Shown in pieces: positions 17,253-25,623 of a stretch of DNA of 64,000 nucleotides. Position 1 is the first letter of the stretch, and every line of letters starts with the position of its first letter. Source of the DNA: Duncaniella sp. (GTDB lineage Bacteria; Bacteroidota; Bacteroidia; Bacteroidales; Muribaculaceae); contig JAIDUB010000070.1 in assembly GCA_029060405.1 (NCBI GenBank), forward strand, positions 15,372 through 79,371, in the 5' to 3' direction. A model generated the notes under the pieces. The model searched no databases and was not told where the DNA came from. It was given only the letters and a program-made list of their open reading frames with translations. Position numbers and translations under genes: made by a program.

Positions 17253-18667
17253 AACTCTCGGAGCGACTGCTTGCCAAGATACGTGAGGGCGAGCCGATGA
17301 CATTCGGCGAACGCCTTCACCTGATCGTGTTGCTCAGTATTCCCGCAATACTGGCGCAGGTATCGCTCACGGCAATGTTCTATATCGACGCCTCGATGGT
17401 GGGCTCGCTCGGAGCGGAGGCTGCAGCATCGGTGGGTCTCGTCGAGACTACCACATGGCTGTTTGGCGGACTGTGTTCGGCGGCGGCAACGGCTTTTTCG
17501 GTGCAGGTGGCTCACCGCCTCGGTGCTTCTGACAAGGCCGGCGCGCAGGCTGTGGTGCGACAGGGCACCGTGGCTGTCGCCATATACGGAGCCGTGATCG
17601 CCGCGCTCGGTCTTGCGATAAGCCCTTATCTGCCCGGATGGCTCGGCGGAAACGACGATATCAATCACAATGCGTCGCTGTATTTCGCGATTTTTTCAGC
17701 TTGCCTGCCGGTGTATACGCTCAGCACCCTTGCCGGTGCCGTGCTCCGCTGCTCGGGCAACATGAATACTCCCAGCGCGCTCAACATACTGATGTGTGTG
17801 CTCGACGTGGTGTTTAATTTCTTCCTTATATTTCCATCCCACGACTTCACGGTCGCCGGAATACCGGTGCATCTTCCCGGTGCCGGACTCGGTGTGGTGG
17901 GTGCGGCGATCGGTACCGGTCTGGCCGAACTTATCACGGCGATGCTCATGAACTACGTGTTGTGGCGTCGCTCGCCGCAGATAGATATGCGCCAGTCGGG
18001 AAGCTTTGCGGTGACACGTCCCGTGCTGCGTCGTGCGTTCAAGATAGGCGCCCCTATCGGACTGCAGCAGTGTATCATGTGTGGAGCACAGATAATGTCG
18101 ACCGTCATCGTGGCGCCGCTCGGCACCATTGCCATTGCCGCCAACTCGTTTGCCATAACCGCCGAGAGTCTCTGTTACATGCCCGGATTCGGTGTGAGCG
18201 ATGCCGCCACCACCATCGTGGGCCAGTGTGTGGGTGCGCGCCGCCGCAAGCTCACCCGTGAGCTCGGTTACCTGTGCGTAGGTCTCGGCATGGCCGTGAT
18301 GGCCGTGATGGGCGCGATAATGTGGATAGGCGCCGATGCCATGATAGGGCTTATGACACCATCGGAGGAAATACGCCGTCTCGGTGCATCGATTCTCCGC
18401 ATAGAGGCTTTTGCCGAGCCGATGTTTGCCGCTGCGATAGTGAGCTACGGAGTATTTGTGGGAGCCGGCGACACGCTGATACCGTCGTGCATGAATTTCG
18501 GCAGCATATGGCTCGTGCGACTCACTTTGGCCGCCCTGCTTGTGGGCACGATGGGACTTACCGGCGTGTGGATCGCAATGGCTGTGGAACTCTCGTTCCG
18601 CGGGCTCATTTTCTTGCTCCGTCTCCGCTCCTCGCGCTGGCTGCCCGAGCCTGAAGCGGCCTCTTGA
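17249..18667 (+). CDS. MATE family efflux transporter
   Basis: About 12 TM; IDASMVGSLG, GAVLRCSGNM.TP, LDVVFNFFLIF, GAAIGTGLAE. Confidence 0.9.
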   Translation: MKLSERLLAKIREGEPMTFGERLHLIVLLSIPAILAQVSLTAMFYIDASMVGSLGAEAAASVGLVETTTWLFGGLCSAAATAFSVQVAHRLGASDKAGAQAVVRQGTVAVAIYGAVIAALGLAISPYLPGWLGGNDDINHNASLYFAIFSACLPVYTLSTLAGAVLRCSGNMNTPSALNILMCVLDVVFNFFLIFPSHDFTVAGIPVHLPGAGLGVVGAAIGTGLAELITAMLMNYVLWRRSPQIDMRQSGSFAVTRPVLRRAFKIGAPIGLQQCIMCGAQIMSTVIVAPLGTIAIAANSFAITAESLCYMPGFGVSDAATTIVGQCVGARRRKLTRELGYLCVGLGMAVMAVMGAIMWIGADAMIGLMTPSEEIRRLGASILRIEAFAEPMFAAAIVSYGVFVGAGDTLIPSCMNFGSIWLVRLTLAALLVGTMGLTGVWIAMAVELSFRGLIFLLRLRSSRWLPEPEAAS

Positions 18668-18769
18668 CCGCTGAATGCGGTAGAAATTTTTCAGGGTACG
18701 GGTGTAACTATCCGGCTGTTCTTGCGTCATATGTAATGACCGAGAATTATTCATTTTATTTCCTCTCCA

Positions 18770-19873
18770 ATGAAAAAAGTACTTTCGTTTCTCCTCGCTT
18801 CTTTAGTATTGTTGACTGCAAGTGCCGGTAATGTGGTGACACTCGTTGACGACAGCGACGGCTCTCCCGTGACCGGTGCCGCTGTAGTATCGTCGCGCGG
18901 TGTTATCCTCGGTGTGACCGACGCGCAAGGCCACATTGTAGTAAGCGAAAAAGATTTTCCGCTGTCGCTGCGCAGTCTCGGCTATGAACCCCTTACGGTG
19001 GAGATGCCGGCCGATACGGTTGCGATGTCGCCGGCCACCTATGCCCTCGGTGAGGTGATTGTGACGCCCGTGGATCGCCCTGTGACCCGTGTGCTTACTT
19101 ATGCCCGCGAGTATTGCACGGGTATAGTCAAGGGTGATACCCTGCAGGTCTTTAACGAATATATGCTCGAATTTTTTCTTGCCGATGAGAAGCTGAAGGG
19201 CTACGACAGTTATGATGCAAGCTCGTCGATAAACAGGGTGCGCCGCTACGGACGCATAGCCAATGAGGATGGGCAGGACGTGGTGCTTCGTCCCGACTCG
19301 CACGATGCGCTAAGTTCCCTCTCGTTCAAGGGACTTCTGGCCCGGATACCTTCATTTCCCGTCAAAGTGTCAGGGCGTATAAAGGAAGGAGCGGCTTGCG
19401 ATACGGTCGCCGGAAAGCATTTTCCAAAATATGTGTTCCGCAATTTCAATGACATGTTTATTGTCGAGCATGATCAGCTGGCCGATAAAAAGAAGCACGT
19501 GTGGAGTCCGATGTTTTTCAAGATGCTCGGCTGCACTATGGAAATAAGCGATTACGTGGAGTCACATGCGTTTCATCGCAACGATTCGAGCACCTACGGT
19601 CTGAAAGATTATATTTTCACCACATCCACGCTTCACGTGCTGGTAAAGGGGAAATGGATGAAGAAGATTATGGATACCGATCGTCCCTATGAGGTAGACT
19701 GCTATCTGGAGCAGTATCCCGTGGAAATTACGCATCTCACCGTTGATGAGTATAAGGAGATGAAAAAGAATAGGATACGCCATGAGCCTTTCCGTATGCC
19801 CGATATCGTCCAGCCCTTGCCTGCGGCCGTGGAGCGACTTGTGGAGCGCGTGGAGGAGGAAGAACGCCGTTAG
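18770..19873 (+). CDS. secreted hypothetical protein with CarboxypepD_reg-like N-terminal domain
   Basis: Signal peptide; LVDDSDGSPVTGAAV...GVTDAQG...RSLGYE; downstream RVL.Y.REY. Confidence 0.6.
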   Translation: MKKVLSFLLASLVLLTASAGNVVTLVDDSDGSPVTGAAVVSSRGVILGVTDAQGHIVVSEKDFPLSLRSLGYEPLTVEMPADTVAMSPATYALGEVIVTPVDRPVTRVLTYAREYCTGIVKGDTLQVFNEYMLEFFLADEKLKGYDSYDASSSINRVRRYGRIANEDGQDVVLRPDSHDALSSLSFKGLLARIPSFPVKVSGRIKEGAACDTVAGKHFPKYVFRNFNDMFIVEHDQLADKKKHVWSPMFFKMLGCTMEISDYVESHAFHRNDSSTYGLKDYIFTTSTLHVLVKGKWMKKIMDTDRPYEVDCYLEQYPVEITHLTVDEYKEMKKNRIRHEPFRMPDIVQPLPAAVERLVERVEEEERR

Positions 19874-19909
19874 TGGCATGAATCCCTGAAATCGGTAGCA
19901 TATTATTAT

Positions 19910-19951
19910 CAGGTCACGAAATGGTTGATGCGTCAACCATTTCGTGACCTG
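19910..19951. promoter_or_regulatory. perfect palindrome, probable MarR operator
   Basis: CAGGTCACGAAATGGTTGA-TGCG-TCAACCATTTCGTGACCTG, 19-bp arms, 15 nt upstream of the marR ATG. Confidence 0.7.
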
Positions 19952-19966
19952 TTTTGTTATAATGAT

Positions 19967-20398
19967 ATGAAAACGAAAACTTCAACAGCTTATGCAATGC
20001 CAAATGTAGGGTGCATGATAGGGAAAGTTTATCAGAAGCTCACATCGCAGCTCGAGGCGGCTCTCAAGGAAGCCGGACTTGACATCACTGCATCGGAGTA
20101 TCTGGTGCTTCGTGTGCTCTACAATCGCGACGGATTGCAGCAATGCGAGATTGTCGACACATTAGGCAAGGACAAGGCCTCGGTGTGCCGCACGGTGGCC
20201 GCGCTGGCGCGCAAGGGGCTGGTCGATACCGAACAGGTAAGCCACAAATGCCTGCGTGTGTGGTTATCACTTTTGGGCAGGGATCTGCAACCCGCCATCC
20301 TTGCAGTTGCCTGCGAGCGCCATCAGGCTCTGGTATCGGTTGTGCCGGATGGTGACATGGAGGTTTTCGTAAGAGTGCTCAATCAAATATTGGATTAA
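19967..20398 (+). CDS. MarR family transcriptional regulator (Cys-rich)
   Basis: ITASEYLVLRVLY..DG..Q.EI...DKASVCRTV..L.RKGLV; start MKTK at 19967. Confidence 0.85.
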   Translation: MKTKTSTAYAMPNVGCMIGKVYQKLTSQLEAALKEAGLDITASEYLVLRVLYNRDGLQQCEIVDTLGKDKASVCRTVAALARKGLVDTEQVSHKCLRVWLSLLGRDLQPAILAVACERHQALVSVVPDGDMEVFVRVLNQILD

Positions 20399-20437
20399 TA
20401 ACCTGACATAAAACAAAAAGAAGAAAGGAAACGAATT

Positions 20438-21154
20438 ATGATGACAATTACCGTATGGAGCGATTTCGCCTGTCCTTACTGCTATATAGGTGAGGCTCGT
20501 CTTGAAAAGGCTATTGAAGATCTCGGCATGACCGGTGATGTGAAGATAGATTATCGCGCTTTTGAGCTTGATCCCGGCGCACTGCGCGAAGTCACCACTA
20601 CCACCCCCGAGCGTTTTGCGATGAAGTACCGCCTCAGTGTCCCCGAGGCTGAGGCGCAGATAGAGCATATTTCGGCGCTGGGACGTGAGGAAGGTATCGA
20701 TTTCCGCTATGCCACCACGCGCTACAGCAATACTTTCGACGCCCATCGCCTGATGAAACTCGCCGAGGCTGAATATGACTATGCCACGGTGACGAAATTG
20801 AATCATCTGCTTTTCGATGCCTACTTCACCCGCAATCTCGTGCTGGCTGACCGTGACGTGCTTGTGTCGGTAGCCACTGAGGCAGGTATGGACGAGAAGA
20901 AAGTGAAGGAAGTGCTTGATTCCGACCGCTTTGCCGACGATGTGCGCTTCGACGAGCGCGAGGCTCAGATGCGCGGTGTGCGCGGCGTGCCTTATATGGT
21001 GTTCAACGGCGAGTTTGCCGTGCCCGGAGCATTGTCGGGCGATGCGATGAAAGAGGCTCTGCGCCGTGCCGAGCGCCGCATGAAAGAGGCAGCGGATGCC
21101 GCCCCTGCCGAGGAACGACCCCATGCCTGCGGCCCTGAAGGATGCGTATTGTAA
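20438..21154 (+). CDS. DsbA family oxidoreductase (FrnE-like)
   Basis: WSDFACPYCYIG, AFELDP, NTFDAHRL, GVRGVPY, C-terminal CGPEGC. Confidence 0.9.
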   Translation: MMTITVWSDFACPYCYIGEARLEKAIEDLGMTGDVKIDYRAFELDPGALREVTTTTPERFAMKYRLSVPEAEAQIEHISALGREEGIDFRYATTRYSNTFDAHRLMKLAEAEYDYATVTKLNHLLFDAYFTRNLVLADRDVLVSVATEAGMDEKKVKEVLDSDRFADDVRFDEREAQMRGVRGVPYMVFNGEFAVPGALSGDAMKEALRRAERRMKEAADAAPAEERPHACGPEGCVL

Positions 21155-21167
21155 GGAGGAAAAAGCT

Positions 21168-21794
21168 ATGGTAAGACAGATACAGGTGCAGGGTGTATTC
21201 GCCGAGAACAGCTATCTGTTTATCGACGATCTCACCCGGAGCGGTTTCATTATCGATCCCGGCGCTCAGGCCGGGATCATATATGACGCGGTGGTGCGCG
21301 GCGGGTATACGATAGAGAAAATCCTGCTTACCCACGGCCATTTCGACCACTTCGGTGCCGCTGAAATGCTGCGTGAGAAACTGGTGGCCCCCATATATAT
21401 CTACACTCCCGATGCTCGATACCTCACCGATACGGCTCTGAATCTGAGCGGTGCGGTAGGGCAACCGATCACTGTGCCTCACTATGAGGAGGTGTATGAC
21501 GGCGAGACTATACGGCTCAAGGCCAACAATTCATTTTCGCTCAAAGTCATCGCCACGCCGGGTCACACACCCGGTTCGGTGACCTATTGGTCGGAGGACG
21601 AGAAGGTGGCGTTTGTGGGGGACACGCTATATGAGCATGGCCCCGGTCTGACCCACTTTCCCGGCGGTAACCGCAGCGATCTGGAGCGGTCGATAGTGGA
21701 GCGTATCCTCACCCTGCCGCCCGACACCATGCTGTACTCCGGACACTCTTCCCCCGTCACCGTCGCCACCGAGCGCCGCCTGCTTCTCGGCTAA
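21168..21794 (+). CDS. MBL-fold metallo-hydrolase (glyoxalase II-like)
   Basis: LLTHGHFDHFGA, TPGHTPG, FVGDTL, YSGH; start MVRQ at 21168. Confidence 0.9.
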   Translation: MVRQIQVQGVFAENSYLFIDDLTRSGFIIDPGAQAGIIYDAVVRGGYTIEKILLTHGHFDHFGAAEMLREKLVAPIYIYTPDARYLTDTALNLSGAVGQPITVPHYEEVYDGETIRLKANNSFSLKVIATPGHTPGSVTYWSEDEKVAFVGDTLYEHGPGLTHFPGGNRSDLERSIVERILTLPPDTMLYSGHSSPVTVATERRLLLG

Positions 21795-21802
21795 CCAGCC
21801 CC

Positions 21803-23350
21803 CTATACAGTCGCGCCCCATGAGGAGCGGTCGAGGTTACGGTAGGAGATGGCTTCGTGGAGGTGGGCGGGGAGGATTTCGGTAGAGCCGTCGAGGTCGG
21901 CGATGGTGCGCGCCACCTTAAGGATGCGGTCGTAGGCGCGGGCGCTCATGTCAAACCGCTGCATGGCTTTCTTCAGTATCTCGTTACATTCGGGCGAGAG
22001 CTTTACGTAGAGGTTCAGAAGCCGTGTGGGCATCTGGGCGTTGCAGTGTATGCCGGCGTGGGAGGCGAATCGGCGCGACTGGATTTCGCGGGCGCGTATC
22101 ACACGCTCGCGTATCTGTGCCGAGGTCTCGCCGTCGGTGGGCCCTGAAAGCTGTTCAAAGGGTACGGGGAGTATCTCCACCTGCAGGTCGATGCGGTCGA
22201 GCAGCGGTCCCGATATGCGGCTCAGATATCGTGATACGGCTCCGGGCTGGCATGTGCACCGGCGTGTGGGATGGTTGTAGTATCCGCATGGACACGGATT
22301 CATCGACGCAACGAGCATGAATCCCGCCGGGTAGTCGATGGAATATTTCGCGCGCGAAATAGTGATATGGCGGTCTTCGAGGGGCTGGCGCATCACTTCG
22401 AGCACGGCGCGCGAAAATTCGGGAAATTCGTCGAGAAAAAGCACTCCGTTATGTGCCAGCGATATTTCGCCCGGCATGGGATTGGAGCCTCCGCCTACCA
22501 GCGCCACGGGTGAGATGGTGTGGTGAGGCGCGCGGTAGGGGCGGTGGGAAATCAGCCGCGAGCCGTTTTTGAGTTTCCCGGCCACGGAGTGTATCTTGGT
22601 GGTTTCGAGCGACTCGGTAAGTGTCAGCGGCGGGAGTATCGACGGGATGCGCTTCGACATCATCGACTTTCCGGCTCCCGGAGGACCCACGAGCAGAATG
22701 TTGTGACCGCCGGCGCACGCCACTTCGAGGGCGCGCTTGACGTTTTCCTGACCGCGCACGTCGATAAAATCGGAGTCAAAGCTCATGGCGGCGTTGAAAA
22801 ATTCCTCGCGGGTGTTCACTATCGTGGGCTCAAGCTGCGTGGCGCCGGTGATGAAGTCGATTACCTCGGCCAGCGAGGAGCATCCGTATACGTCAATATC
22901 GTTGACAACGGCCGCCTCCGTGGCATTTGCCGCCGGGAGTATCATGCCTTCGTAGCCGAGCTTGCGGGCGAGAATGGCCATCGGGAGCACACCGCGTATG
23001 GGCAGCAGGGTGCCGTCGAGCGACAGTTCGCCCATTATAAGGTAACGTTTCAGGTCGGCAACCGGTCGAATATTGCCTCCCGCGGTGAGGATTCCTATGG
23101 CGATGGGCAGGTCGTAGGCGGCTCCCTCCTTGCGCACGTCGGCCGGAGCCATGTTGATTACTATGTGGGCCCGGGGGAAAGCGTGACCTGACTGTGTTAT
23201 GGCCGAGAGCACCCGTTGGTAGCTTTCTTTCACGGCTGTGTCAGGCAGGCCCACGATGCAGAACAGCGCGCCCCGTTCCACCGATACTTCTATCGTGACG
23301 GGTATGGCATCGATGCCTTGCACGGCGGCGCCGTTGGTTTTCTGAAGCAT
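21803..23350 (-). CDS. comM: YifB/ComM Mg-chelatase-like AAA ATPase
   Basis: IVGLPDTAVKES, INMAPADVRKEG, GPPGAGKSM, GEISLAHNGVLFLDE, NPCPCG, LLDRID. Confidence 0.93.
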   Translation of the reverse strand: MLQKTNGAAVQGIDAIPVTIEVSVERGALFCIVGLPDTAVKESYQRVLSAITQSGHAFPRAHIVINMAPADVRKEGAAYDLPIAIGILTAGGNIRPVADLKRYLIMGELSLDGTLLPIRGVLPMAILARKLGYEGMILPAANATEAAVVNDIDVYGCSSLAEVIDFITGATQLEPTIVNTREEFFNAAMSFDSDFIDVRGQENVKRALEVACAGGHNILLVGPPGAGKSMMSKRIPSILPPLTLTESLETTKIHSVAGKLKNGSRLISHRPYRAPHHTISPVALVGGGSNPMPGEISLAHNGVLFLDEFPEFSRAVLEVMRQPLEDRHITISRAKYSIDYPAGFMLVASMNPCPCGYYNHPTRRCTCQPGAVSRYLSRISGPLLDRIDLQVEILPVPFEQLSGPTDGETSAQIRERVIRAREIQSRRFASHAGIHCNAQMPTRLLNLYVKLSPECNEILKKAMQRFDMSARAYDRILKVARTIADLDGSTEILPAHLHEAISYRNLDRSSWGATV

Positions 23351-23362
23351 TGTTGCAGGTAT

Positions 23363-24376
23363 TTATTTTATACGGGAGCGGATGATTGAATCGGCCTCGG
23401 CAGGAGAAAAACCGCGGTATATCTGTTTTCCTGTGGAGTCGACGGCTATGAAATATGGTGCCGCGGGGATAGCGAGAAGCGACAGTGTGGGATTGCCGAG
23501 TCCGCCGGGCAGCCATGTCTGCGACCATGTGGCCGTGTCGCTTGAAATGGAGGCTCTCCAGCGCGCCGAGTCGGCTATCACAGAGGTTTCCACTATATTG
23601 AGCTTTTTATCGCTGAAATCGCTCCGCAAGGCGCGCATGATGCGTGCCGATGATGTGTCGGCGGGATGGGTGGTGACGGCCAGCAGCGAGTATTTGTGAC
23701 GGTAGGGTATGAATTCCACCGTGGAATCGGTGCTGACGTGGAAGGTGATGGGACGTACCTCATCGTAGGCTACCGACGCCGACGCTACGGCAAGCGTGCG
23801 CGAGAAATCGCGTATCGAACTGAGGTTGCGCGCGGTCGCGTCGAGGCGGTTGAGGAGCGAATCGGCTTTTACCGGATCGGCGTTGAGGTCGTAGAGGGTC
23901 ATGAGCGCAGCCGTCGCGGCTCGCGAGGTGAGATTGGCCATGATGAATTTCTCTACAGCCGAGTTGAGCTCGGCCGACGGGCCGGCGGCGATAAGATCGG
24001 AATTGTCGGTGCGGAAACGTGACAGAAGTTCCGATTCCTCATTTCCCTCGATTACTGCCGACGAAGGATTGGCAAGCTCCATCTTCACCTTGAGGCGGTC
24101 GCCGTTGACGGCTATTAGTGAAAAAAGGAGTTGTCCCTTGCTGTCCCACACATCAACGAGAGCCGGGATCTCGGTGTTACCGGTGAGTTTCACGCGTGAA
24201 TCGGAGGCATGGGCGGTGACGGCGTTAAGGTGACCGTTGAAGTATATCATGTCGACTTTTCCGGTGTCGAGGCCGCTTATCTCGCAGTCGATTTCAAAGC
24301 GGTCGCCGCTTGAGCATGCCGCGGCTATGGCGAGAAAGGTCGAAATGATTGCAGTGGTGATGTGGTTGCGTAACAT
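23363..24376 (-). CDS. DUF4369-like / redoxin-like lipoprotein (no CxxC)
   Basis: Lipobox AAAC; FEIDCEISG; C-terminal thioredoxin-like I.A.PYFIAVDSTGK. Confidence 0.6.
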   Translation of the reverse strand: MLRNHITTAIISTFLAIAAACSSGDRFEIDCEISGLDTGKVDMIYFNGHLNAVTAHASDSRVKLTGNTEIPALVDVWDSKGQLLFSLIAVNGDRLKVKMELANPSSAVIEGNEESELLSRFRTDNSDLIAAGPSAELNSAVEKFIMANLTSRAATAALMTLYDLNADPVKADSLLNRLDATARNLSSIRDFSRTLAVASASVAYDEVRPITFHVSTDSTVEFIPYRHKYSLLAVTTHPADTSSARIMRALRSDFSDKKLNIVETSVIADSARWRASISSDTATWSQTWLPGGLGNPTLSLLAIPAAPYFIAVDSTGKQIYRGFSPAEADSIIRSRIK

Positions 24377-24412
24377 GGTGTGGCGTGGTTGATGTGACAG
24401 GCGCCGGCGGGT

Positions 24413-25129
24413 TTATTCGTCGAGTTCGTCGGGATGTTTTCTGAAATATTCCTCAAGCAGATTGGATATGTTGAAGTAATATCCTCCCGCCTGCCGCCCT
24501 TGGGTATCGGTGACGGTGATATATTCGTAGCAGGGGTCATAAAACAGATGGTCGTCGACTAAATACCCCATGGCGTTGAGCAGCACGTATTCATGTTGCG
24601 GCTCTATTACGTACCACGCATTTTCTTCATCAAGTCCTGTGCCGGTGGATATTATGGCCATCAGCAGATAGTCGAGCTTGTATTGCCATATTTTGGCAAG
24701 ATTGGTCTTTCCCTTTTCGTTGAGGGCGGCGATGAGGAGTGTCATGCGGCGCAGGTCGAAAGGATTGTCGGCCAGCCCGGCTTCGGCATCGGCGATCACC
24801 GAGTCGCATTCCTGACGGGTGAGCTGGTGGTGGTCTTTTTCACGGATTGCGAAGCGCATCTTGCTCTCCTTGGAGCGGTAGGGCGTGTAATCTTCCTGAA
24901 ACATGTATCCCAGATAGAGGTGACGGTATTTGTCGATTTTCATGAGCGTGTCGTTGCGCATGAATTCCTCCATGAGCCGCGGATAATAGTAGGGCGAGGT
25001 GCGGTCGTTGATTTCGCGCTTGATTTTTTCCATGTCGGGCTTCTCGCGGTTGAGCTGGGGAAGCACCGCGGCCCATGCGGTGGCGAAGCACGCTGCCGCG
25101 GCTATGATGATTGCGAGGATCCGTTTCAT
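24413..25129 (-). CDS. DUF4919 domain-containing protein
   Basis: Start MKRILAII at 25129; PYYYPRLM..F...D.L....YRHLYLGY; IISTGTG...ENAWYVI...HEY. Confidence 0.75.
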   Translation of the reverse strand: MKRILAIIIAAAACFATAWAAVLPQLNREKPDMEKIKREINDRTSPYYYPRLMEEFMRNDTLMKIDKYRHLYLGYMFQEDYTPYRSKESKMRFAIREKDHHQLTRQECDSVIADAEAGLADNPFDLRRMTLLIAALNEKGKTNLAKIWQYKLDYLLMAIISTGTGLDEENAWYVIEPQHEYVLLNAMGYLVDDHLFYDPCYEYITVTDTQGRQAGGYYFNISNLLEEYFRKHPDELDE

Positions 25130-25611
25130 ATCGACATGGTGATGGCGGCAGTCAGTTCGCCTGCGATGCAGAATGTGATTACGATGGGAAAAGCCTTGGC
25201 GCAAAGATAGTTTACAGCCTTGCGTCCCGGGAAGCCGAGGGCGCGTCCCGAGGGAGTGCGGCAGTAGGCTATAGCCCCGAGTATCGCTCCGATGACGGTG
25301 CCTATTATGATGGCGGCGTGGCTGATGCAGATGCCTGTGAACAGTCCGGCCAGCGCGGCGCCGGCTATGTAGGCCACGCCGGTTGTGGAGCGCGCCACGG
25401 TGCGGGGCAGCGTCATGACTATGATGGTTACTATGATTGCCGCTGCCATCCAGAATATTATGGTGGCGCTTGAAATATCGGCTCCTTCGGAGCTTCCTGC
25501 TATTACTAGAGCTATGAATGAGGCTGCCGGCGCCCACGGGCGCGACATGAATGCCGCCGCGATGGCAGCAAGGGCTATGATGCCGGTGATTATGATTATT
25601 ATTGTTGACAT
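25126..25611 (-). CDS. DUF456-like small membrane protein
   Basis: Hydrophobic, four to five TM, Gly-rich IIGTVIGAILGAI. Confidence 0.55.
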   Translation of the reverse strand: MSTIIIIITGIIALAAIAAAFMSRPWAPAASFIALVIAGSSEGADISSATIIFWMAAAIIVTIIVMTLPRTVARSTTGVAYIAGAALAGLFTGICISHAAIIIGTVIGAILGAIAYCRTPSGRALGFPGRKAVNYLCAKAFPIVITFCIAGELTAAITMSI

Positions 25612-25623
25612 TCTTTCGTGTAA

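Noticed and set aside
24413-25537. 374-aa ORF call with long Arg/His-rich N-terminus
   Set aside because: The extension overlaps the real 25126-25611 gene. A signal peptide start at 25129 is far more plausible.
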